From a virus (Duplodnaviria; Caudoviricetes): DNA of 59,264 nt. Within the stretch, counting starts at the first letter, position 1. Every line of letters starts with the position of its first letter. This document shows positions 35,426 through 44,296 of this stretch, piece after piece. The DNA is taken from the IMG/VR virus record IMGVR_UViG_3300036832_000931, positions 1-59,264 of that record; one strand, given 5' to 3'. The notes under the pieces are model-generated. The model was given only the letters and a program-made list of their open reading frames with translations. It did no database searches and was not told the DNA's origin. The position numbers and the translations under genes are program-made.

Positions 35426-36532
35426 CTACTGCGCCATCGCTTCTTGCGAACCCGGCTGATCGATATCGGCACCCCAGGTGTCGATTACGGTGACGCCGAA
35501 GTCGAGGTTGTTGAACACAACTTTCTTCATGCCCCAGATGGCACTCACACCGATCCCGATCTGTCTCCCGAAGTCTCTTAGTTCCTCTAACCAAAGAAAC
35601 TTTTGCTCAGCCTGCTGACCGCGGCCGAACGCCATCACCGCTGCCTGAGCACCGCAGAAGAGTGCGCGCTTGGTATTGGTCACCGCCGCTCCAGCCACAC
35701 TCACGGCATTGGGCAGACGGCTGTTCTCATGCATCAAGGTGCGATGGTACTGACCGAGGCTCTCCCAGAAGATCGGGTTATCCCCGAGGTCGCCACCAGT
35801 CATCGCTGCTTTTTGAATATCGAGCCACTGACCTACAGATGTATTGATTCGTAGATCGGTGCCTTGTGACGTATGGACGAACAGTACATAGAAACTGCGT
35901 CCAGCGACTTTGAGCGGGCGAATACCACTGGTGAGCGACTTAGCTAACAATTCTGCCTGATCGACCAGGGTAATGTTAAAAGTGTTGGTGTTGGTCAGGT
36001 TGGCCGCGTCGGTGATCGGAGTGGCCGGAGGTGCCGGCTGGGCGAAGATCTGCCGCGTAGCCGTGGTTGGGGCTTGCAACCCTGTGAATCTGGTATCGGT
36101 TTGCGGCGTGTATGAGGCCAATTGGTTCGCCGCGCTATGATCGGTACGTGCGGCATACCAGTCGGCGAGGCGGTTACGTCCCGTCCTTCTACGATCGAAC
36201 AGAATGCGTTGATCCGAGATCGGACCAACCAAAAGGATCGCGTGCGCCAACTCGTGGATATAGAGGCTATCACCATATGTGAGCGGCGATTCCTCATTAC
36301 CGGTCAAGGTATTGAGGTCCATCACACCGGCACCGCTAAGCAGCTGGCTAACCCCGTAGCGGACATTATCTCCGGCGTGTTTCTGGAGATCGTCCAGGAT
36401 CATCACCAGTGAGCTGTCGTCAGGTGACGCAAAGCGGAGAAAAAGCGTGTCGATCATGTACTGAGCCAACATCAGTTTGGCCCAGCGTGAATTACTTAAT
36501 GGATCTGTAGTTTGATAAACCCATTCTGCCAC
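35426..36532 (-). CDS. Major capsid protein (N4-gp56/DUF4043 type)
   Basis: GTG start after GGAGG; DL.K.AGD.V...L.GNEE.L...L.DW...IRP......YV...H..Q..DLR...W...Q......NPIF...G...GAQA...FG...W.EE..DFG...DFGV. Confidence 0.9.
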   Translation of the reverse strand: MAEWVYQTTDPLSNSRWAKLMLAQYMIDTLFLRFASPDDSSLVMILDDLQKHAGDNVRYGVSQLLSGAGVMDLNTLTGNEESPLTYGDSLYIHELAHAILLVGPISDQRILFDRRRTGRNRLADWYAARTDHSAANQLASYTPQTDTRFTGLQAPTTATRQIFAQPAPPATPITDAANLTNTNTFNITLVDQAELLAKSLTSGIRPLKVAGRSFYVLFVHTSQGTDLRINTSVGQWLDIQKAAMTGGDLGDNPIFWESLGQYHRTLMHENSRLPNAVSVAGAAVTNTKRALFCGAQAAVMAFGRGQQAEQKFLWLEELRDFGRQIGIGVSAIWGMKKVVFNNLDFGVTVIDTWGADIDQPGSQEAMAQ

Positions 36533-36813
36533 AGGTGGTCCTCCGGAAATCGTTAAATTCCACCGTTTCACCGCTGTTACGCGGGAACCGTCGTGCTATG
36601 TGCCTCGATGAATTTAACGCCCAGAAGAGGAACCCCGAGGCTCCGAACTGGCGTCGTCCGGTCGGGTTACTCGCGACTTTAACGCGACCTGTGCGAGTGG
36701 CTACCTTTGCGAAGAGTAGCAGGTCTAAATTTTTCTATAGACGCAACTAACTACTAAGTCAATATATCTTGACTGTCAGTCATCCCACGTTTCACCGCCG
36801 TAAACGCGGGAAC

Positions 36814-37074
36814 CTAACGCATGGTCTTGCCGCGCCCTGACATATGCCTGCCTGTGTCATGCTGATACTTCTTATCCGAAGCGTAGCCGCGCTTTGTTTC
36901 AGTACGCGAGTGCGTTTTGACCTTAGCTGGGAGTCCTTCAGTCTTGGTGGCTGCATAGTCATGCAGTTGCTTGTGCGACATCTTCGTCACACCAGCATTT
37001 TCGGGCGATACCGCTTCAGGGTCGTGCTCCGCAATCGCCATTAGTTTTTGTTGTTTTTTCGATACGGCAGGCAT
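36814..37074 (-). CDS. DUF3008-like small basic protein
   Basis: MPAVSKKQQKLMAIA...MSHKQLHDYAATK..GLP. Confidence 0.65.
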   Translation of the reverse strand: MPAVSKKQQKLMAIAEHDPEAVSPENAGVTKMSHKQLHDYAATKTEGLPAKVKTHSRTETKRGYASDKKYQHDTGRHMSGRGKTMR

Positions 37075-37113
37075 GTCATTAACCTCATGTTTCACCGCCA
37101 ATAACGCGGGAAC

Positions 37114-38187
37114 CTAACCTCTCAGATAGCTTACTTCATCGCCGTCCAAACCATCTGCACGAGCCATCGCGTATTTTAGATCGGCGGCAGTTTGCGGATT
37201 TGAGAGCGCGGCCATAAATTCCCGTTCACTCATCGCCTCGATATCCGCCGGACCATAATTGCGATACGAACTGGCACCACCAGCGTTACCACCTGCAGGA
37301 ATAGCACCCAAGCCCTGGAGTCTCTGACCGTTTTGTACCTGCTGTAGCCGTTGCGACTGCGGTGTAGCCGGTTGTGTTATGCGAGATCCTGTTTCAGCGC
37401 CATTTACGCGCGAACCTTGTTGTTGGTTAAAGCCCCACTCGCGGGCGAGCTGCGCCACTGCCGGCGCAAACTTGCCCCCGTACTGCTGGCTCAACCGCGC
37501 GATCATCACCGATTCCGCCTCCACCATCTTTTCAGCCAGACCCACAGGCGCATTCGGAGCGATCGACCGCCAGAAGCCGATACGCTTGTCGGCGGCGTAC
37601 TTGGCTGCCGGGAAATACTGCTGATCGTTGGCCGCATAGACGTTGGCTTCATTCTTTACCCAGTCTGCGAACTGCTGCTGGTCCTGATTGGACTGATAGG
37701 TCTGACCGAAGTTCTGGAGCTGCGACTGTAACTGCTCAATCAGCCCGCGATCCTGCAGACGCGCCTGCCTCACATCATAGAGTTCAGCCCCGACCGGATC
37801 GATGTTCGGATCGGGACGTTCTGCCGCACGGCGTTGCTCCGCAGTTAGACGCGCTGCCTGATCATTGGCTTCCTGGATGAGACGCTGCCGTTCATCCATG
37901 CGGGTTCTGAACTCACGATGTTGCGAGAGTTCATCGCTGAACTGCTTGTTCTGATCGAGGAGCTGTTTGAAGCGCCAATAAGGAACTTCCTCGGTTTGTT
38001 CCTGAGCGTGTGCGTCCGGCTGCTGAGGTTGCGGCGGTGCTTCTTCAGGAGCAGGTTCTGGTGCGGGAGCCTGCTCCGGCGCGGGTTGTTCCCCGGTTTC
38101 TAACGCTTCGACTTCCGCATCATTGGCTAATTCTCCAGGCTTAAAGCCTGCTCGCGGTTGTGCTGCCATTGATGGCATCTCCTTCAA
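37114..38187 (-). CDS. Capsid scaffolding protein
   Basis: Acidic/Pro N-terminus, VPY.RF, coiled coil, C-terminal MS.REF; upstream of the capsid gene. Confidence 0.7.
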   Translation of the reverse strand: MKEMPSMAAQPRAGFKPGELANDAEVEALETGEQPAPEQAPAPEPAPEEAPPQPQQPDAHAQEQTEEVPYWRFKQLLDQNKQFSDELSQHREFRTRMDERQRLIQEANDQAARLTAEQRRAAERPDPNIDPVGAELYDVRQARLQDRGLIEQLQSQLQNFGQTYQSNQDQQQFADWVKNEANVYAANDQQYFPAAKYAADKRIGFWRSIAPNAPVGLAEKMVEAESVMIARLSQQYGGKFAPAVAQLAREWGFNQQQGSRVNGAETGSRITQPATPQSQRLQQVQNGQRLQGLGAIPAGGNAGGASSYRNYGPADIEAMSEREFMAALSNPQTAADLKYAMARADGLDGDEVSYLRG

Positions 38188-38255
38188 GTTTCACCGCTGT
38201 TACGCGGGAACCATGTCGTCTTCTTACAGTTTCACTGCTTTATACGCAGGAACCT

Positions 38256-39512
38256 TTATTCCCACCTGATACCGAGCTCTTCACCACTTTCGATCGCTTC
38301 GGTTAACTGCTCAAGCGCACCGAGGTTAATATCCAGGTCGCGACCCTTGATATTTTCAGCGACCTCAACCGCTTCTTCCATCGCCTGACTCAGAGTCGTG
38401 CCCATACCGATTGCAGCACCACATTCAGTCAGCTTCGAGGGCGATACCGCATAGTCAGTGCCGTCGTATTGACAGTGTCCATAGAGGACTGTTCGATCCC
38501 AGCGTTCTGACGTAATGCGTAACGGGTTCTCCTTCCCATACTCGCTTTTGAAGATGATCTGCACCCCGATCGGGGCGAGCCATTCCGGCTCAACCACCCT
38601 GCCGTGAGCACCCTCCCACATAGTCTCGCCCAGATTATGGACCATGAACCGCATCAGGGCTGATGGCGGGTTGGGGTATCGTGCGGTGAAGTCAATGAAG
38701 TATGACCCCTGATCCGTTTCCCGCGTCTCCGTCGACATGGGACCGCGATAGTCAAACTGCTCGAGAATGGGGGCGAGCTTATCGACACAGTCCTGCAGAC
38801 GTTGCGGTAATTTGCCGACCCTACCTCCGTAGCAGACGTCTTTGACTTCGTAGCCCCAGAGATTCTCCGTTGGCAGTACCCCAGCGACGTTGACCAGGAG
38901 GTCCGCTCCAACTTCGACGCAGGGATCACCCTGAATGGGTTGCTCGATCACGAATTCCGCGTGGTCCCCATACGGTTCCATCTTGAGTGCCAGTTCATTC
39001 AAGCGGCGCGTAGTATCGACTGGATCCTCATGTTTGAAGGTTTCGGCCTCACCGCGGAAGGTCGAGAGTTTGATGTGGAGCTGGTCATCTTTCATCTCGC
39101 TCAGGATGTTGCGGAGATTCTCGACGCCAGTTACCGGCATAGCCTCGGCACAGCCCAGTTCGTACTTCTTGCAGACGCTTTTCAGATACCAGCGATCACG
39201 TTCGAGGCGAGCGGCAGCACCGGAGCCAAAGACTGGCTTGCCCTGACGGCGCAGCCACTCCTGCAGACCGGCATTACCGACATCGGGGAAGACCACCAGA
39301 TCGGCATCGTCTAATACGTCCCAGAAGTCATAGACGCGCTCGATCCCGTCCAGACCGGTACCGGGGATGTAGTCGCGCACCGAGGGAAAGGCTTTTTCCC
39401 ACGGGGAGTAGTAGTAGATGGTCCCAAATTGCCCAACTACCGATTCACACATATGCACATAGGAAGCACTGGGATCGAAAAATAAGACCGTTTTTGTTGA
39501 AAGGTCTGTCAT
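38256..39512 (-). CDS. ATP-grasp enzyme (PurD/GAR synthetase-like fold)
   Basis: DLVVFPD...PVFGSG.AA.LE.DR...K...FVIEQ.I.G...EV...YRGP.S......YFIDFTAR...P. Confidence 0.7.
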   Translation of the reverse strand: MTDLSTKTVLFFDPSASYVHMCESVVGQFGTIYYYSPWEKAFPSVRDYIPGTGLDGIERVYDFWDVLDDADLVVFPDVGNAGLQEWLRRQGKPVFGSGAAARLERDRWYLKSVCKKYELGCAEAMPVTGVENLRNILSEMKDDQLHIKLSTFRGEAETFKHEDPVDTTRRLNELALKMEPYGDHAEFVIEQPIQGDPCVEVGADLLVNVAGVLPTENLWGYEVKDVCYGGRVGKLPQRLQDCVDKLAPILEQFDYRGPMSTETRETDQGSYFIDFTARYPNPPSALMRFMVHNLGETMWEGAHGRVVEPEWLAPIGVQIIFKSEYGKENPLRITSERWDRTVLYGHCQYDGTDYAVSPSKLTECGAAIGMGTTLSQAMEEAVEVAENIKGRDLDINLGALEQLTEAIESGEELGIRWE

Positions 39513-39587
39513 CCCCGTTTTCGCCCAACGAGAACTGATTTACTTTTCATGACATCCACGAGTTTCACTGCCGTATACGCAGGAACC

Positions 39588-40058
39588 TCACTTACTGCGC
39601 GCACCTGCTTGCATGCTCGGTGCTTGCCCGCCACCACCCGCATTTGCTTGAGCCCCAGGTAAACTCGGTGCGGGGTTCATCGGCGCTGGTTGCCGTTGGA
39701 GCGGCTGTCCCATCTGTCCCACATTTGGCATCGGGCCGCGCATCTGGGGAGTGCCAATTGCCCCCCATTGCGGGTTTTGCTGCGGCATCGGCGGCGGCTG
39801 CATCACCGGACCCATCGCGGGAGTGCCGACTTTACCAAACTGTGGGTTTTGTTGTTGCATCGGTGGACTCGGCTGAGGAGTACCGATCGCACCGAATTGC
39901 GGACCCTGCGGGCTAACGGGTCCAGGCACGGGTGCGGTGATGGGCTGTGGCGGCTGCATAGGCGGTCCCATTGCGGGAGTGCCGATTTTACCGAACTGCT
40001 GACCCTGCGGCGGTGAGCCACCCATCTGACCGGTCTGTTGCTGTGGTCCTGCCGACAT
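39588..40058 (-). CDS. Pro/Gln/Gly-rich repeat protein
   Basis: Four Q(F/W)GxxGTP repeats. Confidence 0.6.
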   Translation of the reverse strand: MSAGPQQQTGQMGGSPPQGQQFGKIGTPAMGPPMQPPQPITAPVPGPVSPQGPQFGAIGTPQPSPPMQQQNPQFGKVGTPAMGPVMQPPPMPQQNPQWGAIGTPQMRGPMPNVGQMGQPLQRQPAPMNPAPSLPGAQANAGGGGQAPSMQAGARSK

Positions 40059-40570
40059 TAGCTTAGTTCCTCTTTCAATTGCCTCACCGCTGATACGCGG
40101 GAGTCTTCCTCGAAGCGGACGTGATGATGAAGGCTCCAGAAACCGGTCGTTTCCAGTGCCTGCTGATGACCGTCACCGGGGCGCAGGATCGGCCCGAAGA
40201 CCTCAGCCAATATGTAACGCGCCTGTTCGAAGTGCTCCGGTGACCATGAGCAGGTAGCCAACCACCCTTCTTCCGGCACCTCAAGCTTATATTTGCCTTG
40301 CTTCGCAGGACCGTCATCGACGGGAGTGTGACCGAGCAGTTCGAGCACAGCGGCTGAGCCGTGCCACACCGGTCTTTTCTTGTTCCACGTCTCAAGCATG
40401 AAGATGAGATGCCACGGTCCCATCTTCCAACGATATTCATCGACTATCGCCATGTTGCGATCGTACGCGGGGAAGCGCTGTGCAATCGCACGCTGCTTGG
40501 CGCACTTCTTCTTGAAGGACTCGATGTCCCACTTAGCTATAAAGTCGAGGCCAGTAACCATAATGCTCAA
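40058..40570 (-). CDS. Hypothetical protein
   Basis: 170 aa; TAATG coupling to the next gene. Confidence 0.6.
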   Translation of the reverse strand: MSIMVTGLDFIAKWDIESFKKKCAKQRAIAQRFPAYDRNMAIVDEYRWKMGPWHLIFMLETWNKKRPVWHGSAAVLELLGHTPVDDGPAKQGKYKLEVPEEGWLATCSWSPEHFEQARYILAEVFGPILRPGDGHQQALETTGFWSLHHHVRFEEDSRVSAVRQLKEELS

Positions 40571-40582
40571 ATCGGAAGTGTT

Positions 40583-40792
40583 TCACCGCTCTAAACGCGG
40601 GAACCCCAGAAACGGCGGACCAAATACACCGAGGAACTGTAACAAAATGACCACCAGAACCAGCGCCATAATCACGCGAATGACTACTCTAACTGGTGGT
40701 GGCAGTGGTATCTGTCCCAACAACCAGTCGAGGAGATAGAACACCAACCCGAGAATTACGAGATAAAAGATTAACGATATGAGGCTTATCAT
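40583..40792 (-). CDS. Two-helix membrane protein (Thivi_2564-like, candidate holin)
   Basis: LISLIFYLVILGLVFYLLDWLL..IPLPPP.RVVI.VI..LV.V.ILL. Confidence 0.65.
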   Translation of the reverse strand: MISLISLIFYLVILGLVFYLLDWLLGQIPLPPPVRVVIRVIMALVLVVILLQFLGVFGPPFLGFPRLER

Positions 40793-41280
40793 CGCGGTTG
40801 CTCGTCGACTACTTGCGCCAACCCCATCGCTTCAGAGAGCGACGATGCGCCTGCTGCTGCATGACCATTAGTCACTGGTGGAGCGAACATTTCCGGCTGC
40901 GTCGGCGCTGCCAATGCCGGAGCCGGTGCGAGTGAACGATCCATACGATCCTCAGCTTCGATCTGGTTGGCCAAGGGCTGATGCAGACGACAGTACCAGC
41001 TACCGGTGCGGTTGAACTGGCTGGGCTTGGTCTTGTAGATGCCCTGTCGCCCGCAATGGACACAGGGATTGGTCACAACTGCTGATGCTGCTGGAGTCTG
41101 ATGCGTTTCACCGCCGATACGCGGGAACCCGGCTGTATTTAGACCAGCTGCCACCAGCAGCGTTCTGACCTCGTCCAGTTTACGGGCGCAGACCATAAGC
41201 GCCGCAGCCTTCATCGCTTCGCTGAAACCCTGCTCATAGATCTGTTTCGCCGAGCGCTGGATTTCCATATCCAGCGACAT
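40789..41280 (-). CDS. Hypothetical protein with CxxC...CxxH motif
   Basis: Probable start MSLDMEIQ; CVHC...WYCRLH. Confidence 0.5.
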   Translation of the reverse strand: MSLDMEIQRSAKQIYEQGFSEAMKAAALMVCARKLDEVRTLLVAAGLNTAGFPRIGGETHQTPAASAVVTNPCVHCGRQGIYKTKPSQFNRTGSWYCRLHQPLANQIEAEDRMDRSLAPAPALAAPTQPEMFAPPVTNGHAAAGASSLSEAMGLAQVVDEQPR

Positions 41281-41353
41281 TTGCCGGCGTCGGCGACGGC
41301 GCTTCGGCTTATCCACGCGGTCTAAACGTTTCACTGCTGTATACGCAGGAACC

Positions 41354-42064
41354 TCACCGGGGTCTAAACGGGTCGTGGTACGTGCGCGCCTGCTGCTGAA
41401 ATTGTTTTCTTCCATGATCCGCCAGTTCACTTCGTAAGATGTAGTCGTCCTCTTCGCACATGCCGCCGTGTTCCCAAGTGGAGAGCGGGTCGCGCGTCCA
41501 CATTGGGTTGCGGCAGTTGTGGCACCTCGTTGCAATCCACGGAGCAGTCAGTGGCGTACCGGGTCGTTCACTGGCTATTCGCCACCGCCGCCGATCAATC
41601 GGAGCTGGGTGCATCGGGGGGCCGTCGATAATCGAGACGAGCGGCGTTTCACTGCTCTTATACGCAGGAACCTCTGCAGTCGTGCCACTGCTTCCATCGC
41701 TAAGTTTCACTGCTGTTTGCGCAGGAACCTCTTGTCCCATCGTCCTGATGCCATGCCCTCGTGCCCACTTCTGCCATGTACGCCTGCCACAGCCGCATGC
41801 ACACAAATTCGGTGGTTCTGATGGTGGCGGCGCTGAGCGTTTCAGTTTCACTGCTTCATCCGCGTCATCCGCAGGAACCGCTTCTTCCGGGGGCTTAACT
41901 TTGCTCCATAGTGCGCTCAGCTTTTCGATGTTCGCCTGCTGCTGTGCCGCACGTTCGGCCTCCTGCTTTTCCAGATACGGCGCACGATGACCGGAACGAA
42001 AGCCGCCAGCGTCTTGCACCATTTCGCCGCAGCCGCAGGCACATTCGAACTTCGCGTAAGCCAC
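41354..42064 (-). CDS. Protein with two CACGCG Zn-binding motifs, carrying three in-frame repeat copies
   Basis: ECACGCG...F.SGH and LCACGCG...WARGH; AVPA...AVKL, EVPAQTAVKL and EVPAYKSSET are repeat-encoded. Confidence 0.6.
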   Translation of the reverse strand: MAYAKFECACGCGEMVQDAGGFRSGHRAPYLEKQEAERAAQQQANIEKLSALWSKVKPPEEAVPADDADEAVKLKRSAPPPSEPPNLCACGCGRRTWQKWARGHGIRTMGQEVPAQTAVKLSDGSSGTTAEVPAYKSSETPLVSIIDGPPMHPAPIDRRRWRIASERPGTPLTAPWIATRCHNCRNPMWTRDPLSTWEHGGMCEEDDYILRSELADHGRKQFQQQARTYHDPFRPR

Positions 42065-44296
42065 TTAGACCTCGCCTCCTTGATCTTGCGCGCCCGGAGG
42101 CGGTTGCGGTGCGGGACCACCAAAGCCACCAAACGCACCCATACCCTTGGCTAAAGCATTAGTGATGTTCAGTTTATGTTGATGACCTTTGTGCATCAGG
42201 TCAGCGACATCTTTGCCGCGCTGATGAGCATTCTTGAGCCGCTCCTGTTCCATCTGATGCTGCTCATACTGACCCTTCTGCCCTTGTGATACCGCTTCGA
42301 GGGCGAACTTTGGTCCGGTCAGATTCGAGCGCATATCAATCTCACGAGCCTGCGACATCGCTTTCTTCGCTTGCGCGCTACGCAGCTGCACGTTGGCCTG
42401 CACCAGTTCCGGTGGATCCTGTTTGCCCCGTCCCTTCTGCGGCTGCCCCTTCTGCTGTTGCTGCATCTGCGCCGCCTGCTTCTGAATATCGGTGACCAGT
42501 TGGCTCGGGAAGGGGCTGTATTTCAGCAGCTGGAGGATCATCTGACCCATGCCGAACTTCATCAGGGCCTGCAGGATGCCGCTCTCCATCAGATCACGCC
42601 ACACTGCGGCTTTAAGGTTCGGGTTATGTTTCACGCTGTCGTCGAGCACCAGACTGTAGTGCCAGCGATCAGGGAGCGATTCCTTGAGTAACGGTGCTGA
42701 CTGACTGTTAAAGTCGCCACCGACTTGGATAATCTGACCCTGCGACCAATATTCGCGGATGAACTCGAGCGTCATCGTGGCTTTCTCTTTGTGATGACGC
42801 CGGAGATTGTCAAAGAACCAGCCGAGGACCACGAGACCAGCCTGCGTACGACCCTGGGCGGTCTGGGAGGGAGTCTGACCGGTAGCCTGACCGATCAGTT
42901 CCGCGTTGACGCCGCTCACCAATGTCATCGCTTTCTGAGCCTCGCTATAAAACATCGGGAGCTCAGGCGGCAGTTGGGTCGGAGTACGCGGCACTATGTC
43001 GTTCTTGATGTCGCTCTCGTCAGTGACCGGAATCCAGGCATCGGGTTGAGACCATGCATCCTGTGCGCGGCGGGGATCGTCAAATGCGCGAGGCTTGAAG
43101 AGTACGCCGCCCTTGGCATTGCTGATGTGGAAGGCGAGCGCACTGCTGATGGCTTTGTTCTGGGTCTTTTGCGGGTCGATCATGTTGCGGACGAGGCCGT
43201 ACCAGCGCTTCTTTTCCTCGTCCCACTGTCCGGTCATGCACAACAGCGAAAACCCACCGGGGAGATCGACCGGTTCCTCCAGTTCGATGCCGCGGCAGTA
43301 CATGCCCTGCCGAAAGACCGGCTGCATCTGCTTGACGGCGGGAGGTGGAGGCGTACCAAGCATCTTGGCGCGTTTCTTCAGACGGCCCCACTGCACCTCG
43401 TCGAACTGATTTTCCTCACCCGTCGTTTCATCGATGAGGCGGAACACAGGTTGCATGTCACGCCATTGGTACTGAACGACAGTCACGTCCTTTTTGGGAC
43501 CACCGCCCCCCACTTGCGGGTTAGCCTGCTGATTCGCTCGACTGTAGTAAGGCGTAACCAGCTCATATTTATCGGTGGCCCCAAAAGGCGTATCAGGGGT
43601 GGAGAGATCAACTGAAGCCAGTTTCTCTTCACCCCAAATCTGTTTGAACTTTTTACGGGAGATAGGTTTCTTGCGGGCGCACCACTCACGCCCCTCGAGA
43701 TTCTCCTTTTTCTGATTGTTGGGATCCCATCTCATTTCGTCCCACGGCAACCGCTCGTAGATGACCCGTCCGTTAATGTCGTCGGAATAATCCATGCGGA
43801 TTTCCGACCAGCCCATGCCGGTAACTACCGCATCACGCGCTACGCGGCTCAGTTCCTCACTGGCATTGCAGAGATCATCCGCAGTTGAGACAGCCTCGCT
43901 AGCGAGATCACCAGCAGCATCGAGTTGCGGTGGAGAATCCATCGCGCGGCTGACGAAGCGGACATCAGAGCGGTTGAGCCGCTCCAATCCGCTGACCGCA
44001 TCCACCGCCGGTTTGATCATATTGAAGACGATGGCGGGACGCTTGGTCCGTTCCATCGCCATGCGGTCAATGTCGTCCCACTGGTGGCCGGCGTAGAAAC
44101 GATTGTCTTCTTTGGCGGAACCAATGAAGGCTTGATAGGTGGATTCGGAACTGGCGAGATCGCGCAACACCTTCTGCGCGCGTTCCTCAGCGTCATCACT
44201 GTCATTGAGCCGGGTGATCTGTTCGCCAGGAGCCTGCGACCCCTGATCGGCACCGAGAAAGACGCGGGCATAAATGTCAGTTGACTCAGCCATCAC
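42065..44296 (-). CDS. Portal protein (P22-like)
   Basis: ED.RFYAG.QW...RP...FN.I...VD.VSG.E...G.GW...YGLVR.M.DPQ...NK...GV..E..G; Q-rich barrel. Confidence 0.9.
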   Translation of the reverse strand: MMAESTDIYARVFLGADQGSQAPGEQITRLNDSDDAEERAQKVLRDLASSESTYQAFIGSAKEDNRFYAGHQWDDIDRMAMERTKRPAIVFNMIKPAVDAVSGLERLNRSDVRFVSRAMDSPPQLDAAGDLASEAVSTADDLCNASEELSRVARDAVVTGMGWSEIRMDYSDDINGRVIYERLPWDEMRWDPNNQKKENLEGREWCARKKPISRKKFKQIWGEEKLASVDLSTPDTPFGATDKYELVTPYYSRANQQANPQVGGGGPKKDVTVVQYQWRDMQPVFRLIDETTGEENQFDEVQWGRLKKRAKMLGTPPPPAVKQMQPVFRQGMYCRGIELEEPVDLPGGFSLLCMTGQWDEEKKRWYGLVRNMIDPQKTQNKAISSALAFHISNAKGGVLFKPRAFDDPRRAQDAWSQPDAWIPVTDESDIKNDIVPRTPTQLPPELPMFYSEAQKAMTLVSGVNAELIGQATGQTPSQTAQGRTQAGLVVLGWFFDNLRRHHKEKATMTLEFIREYWSQGQIIQVGGDFNSQSAPLLKESLPDRWHYSLVLDDSVKHNPNLKAAVWRDLMESGILQALMKFGMGQMILQLLKYSPFPSQLVTDIQKQAAQMQQQQKGQPQKGRGKQDPPELVQANVQLRSAQAKKAMSQAREIDMRSNLTGPKFALEAVSQGQKGQYEQHQMEQERLKNAHQRGKDVADLMHKGHQHKLNITNALAKGMGAFGGFGGPAPQPPPGAQDQGGEV

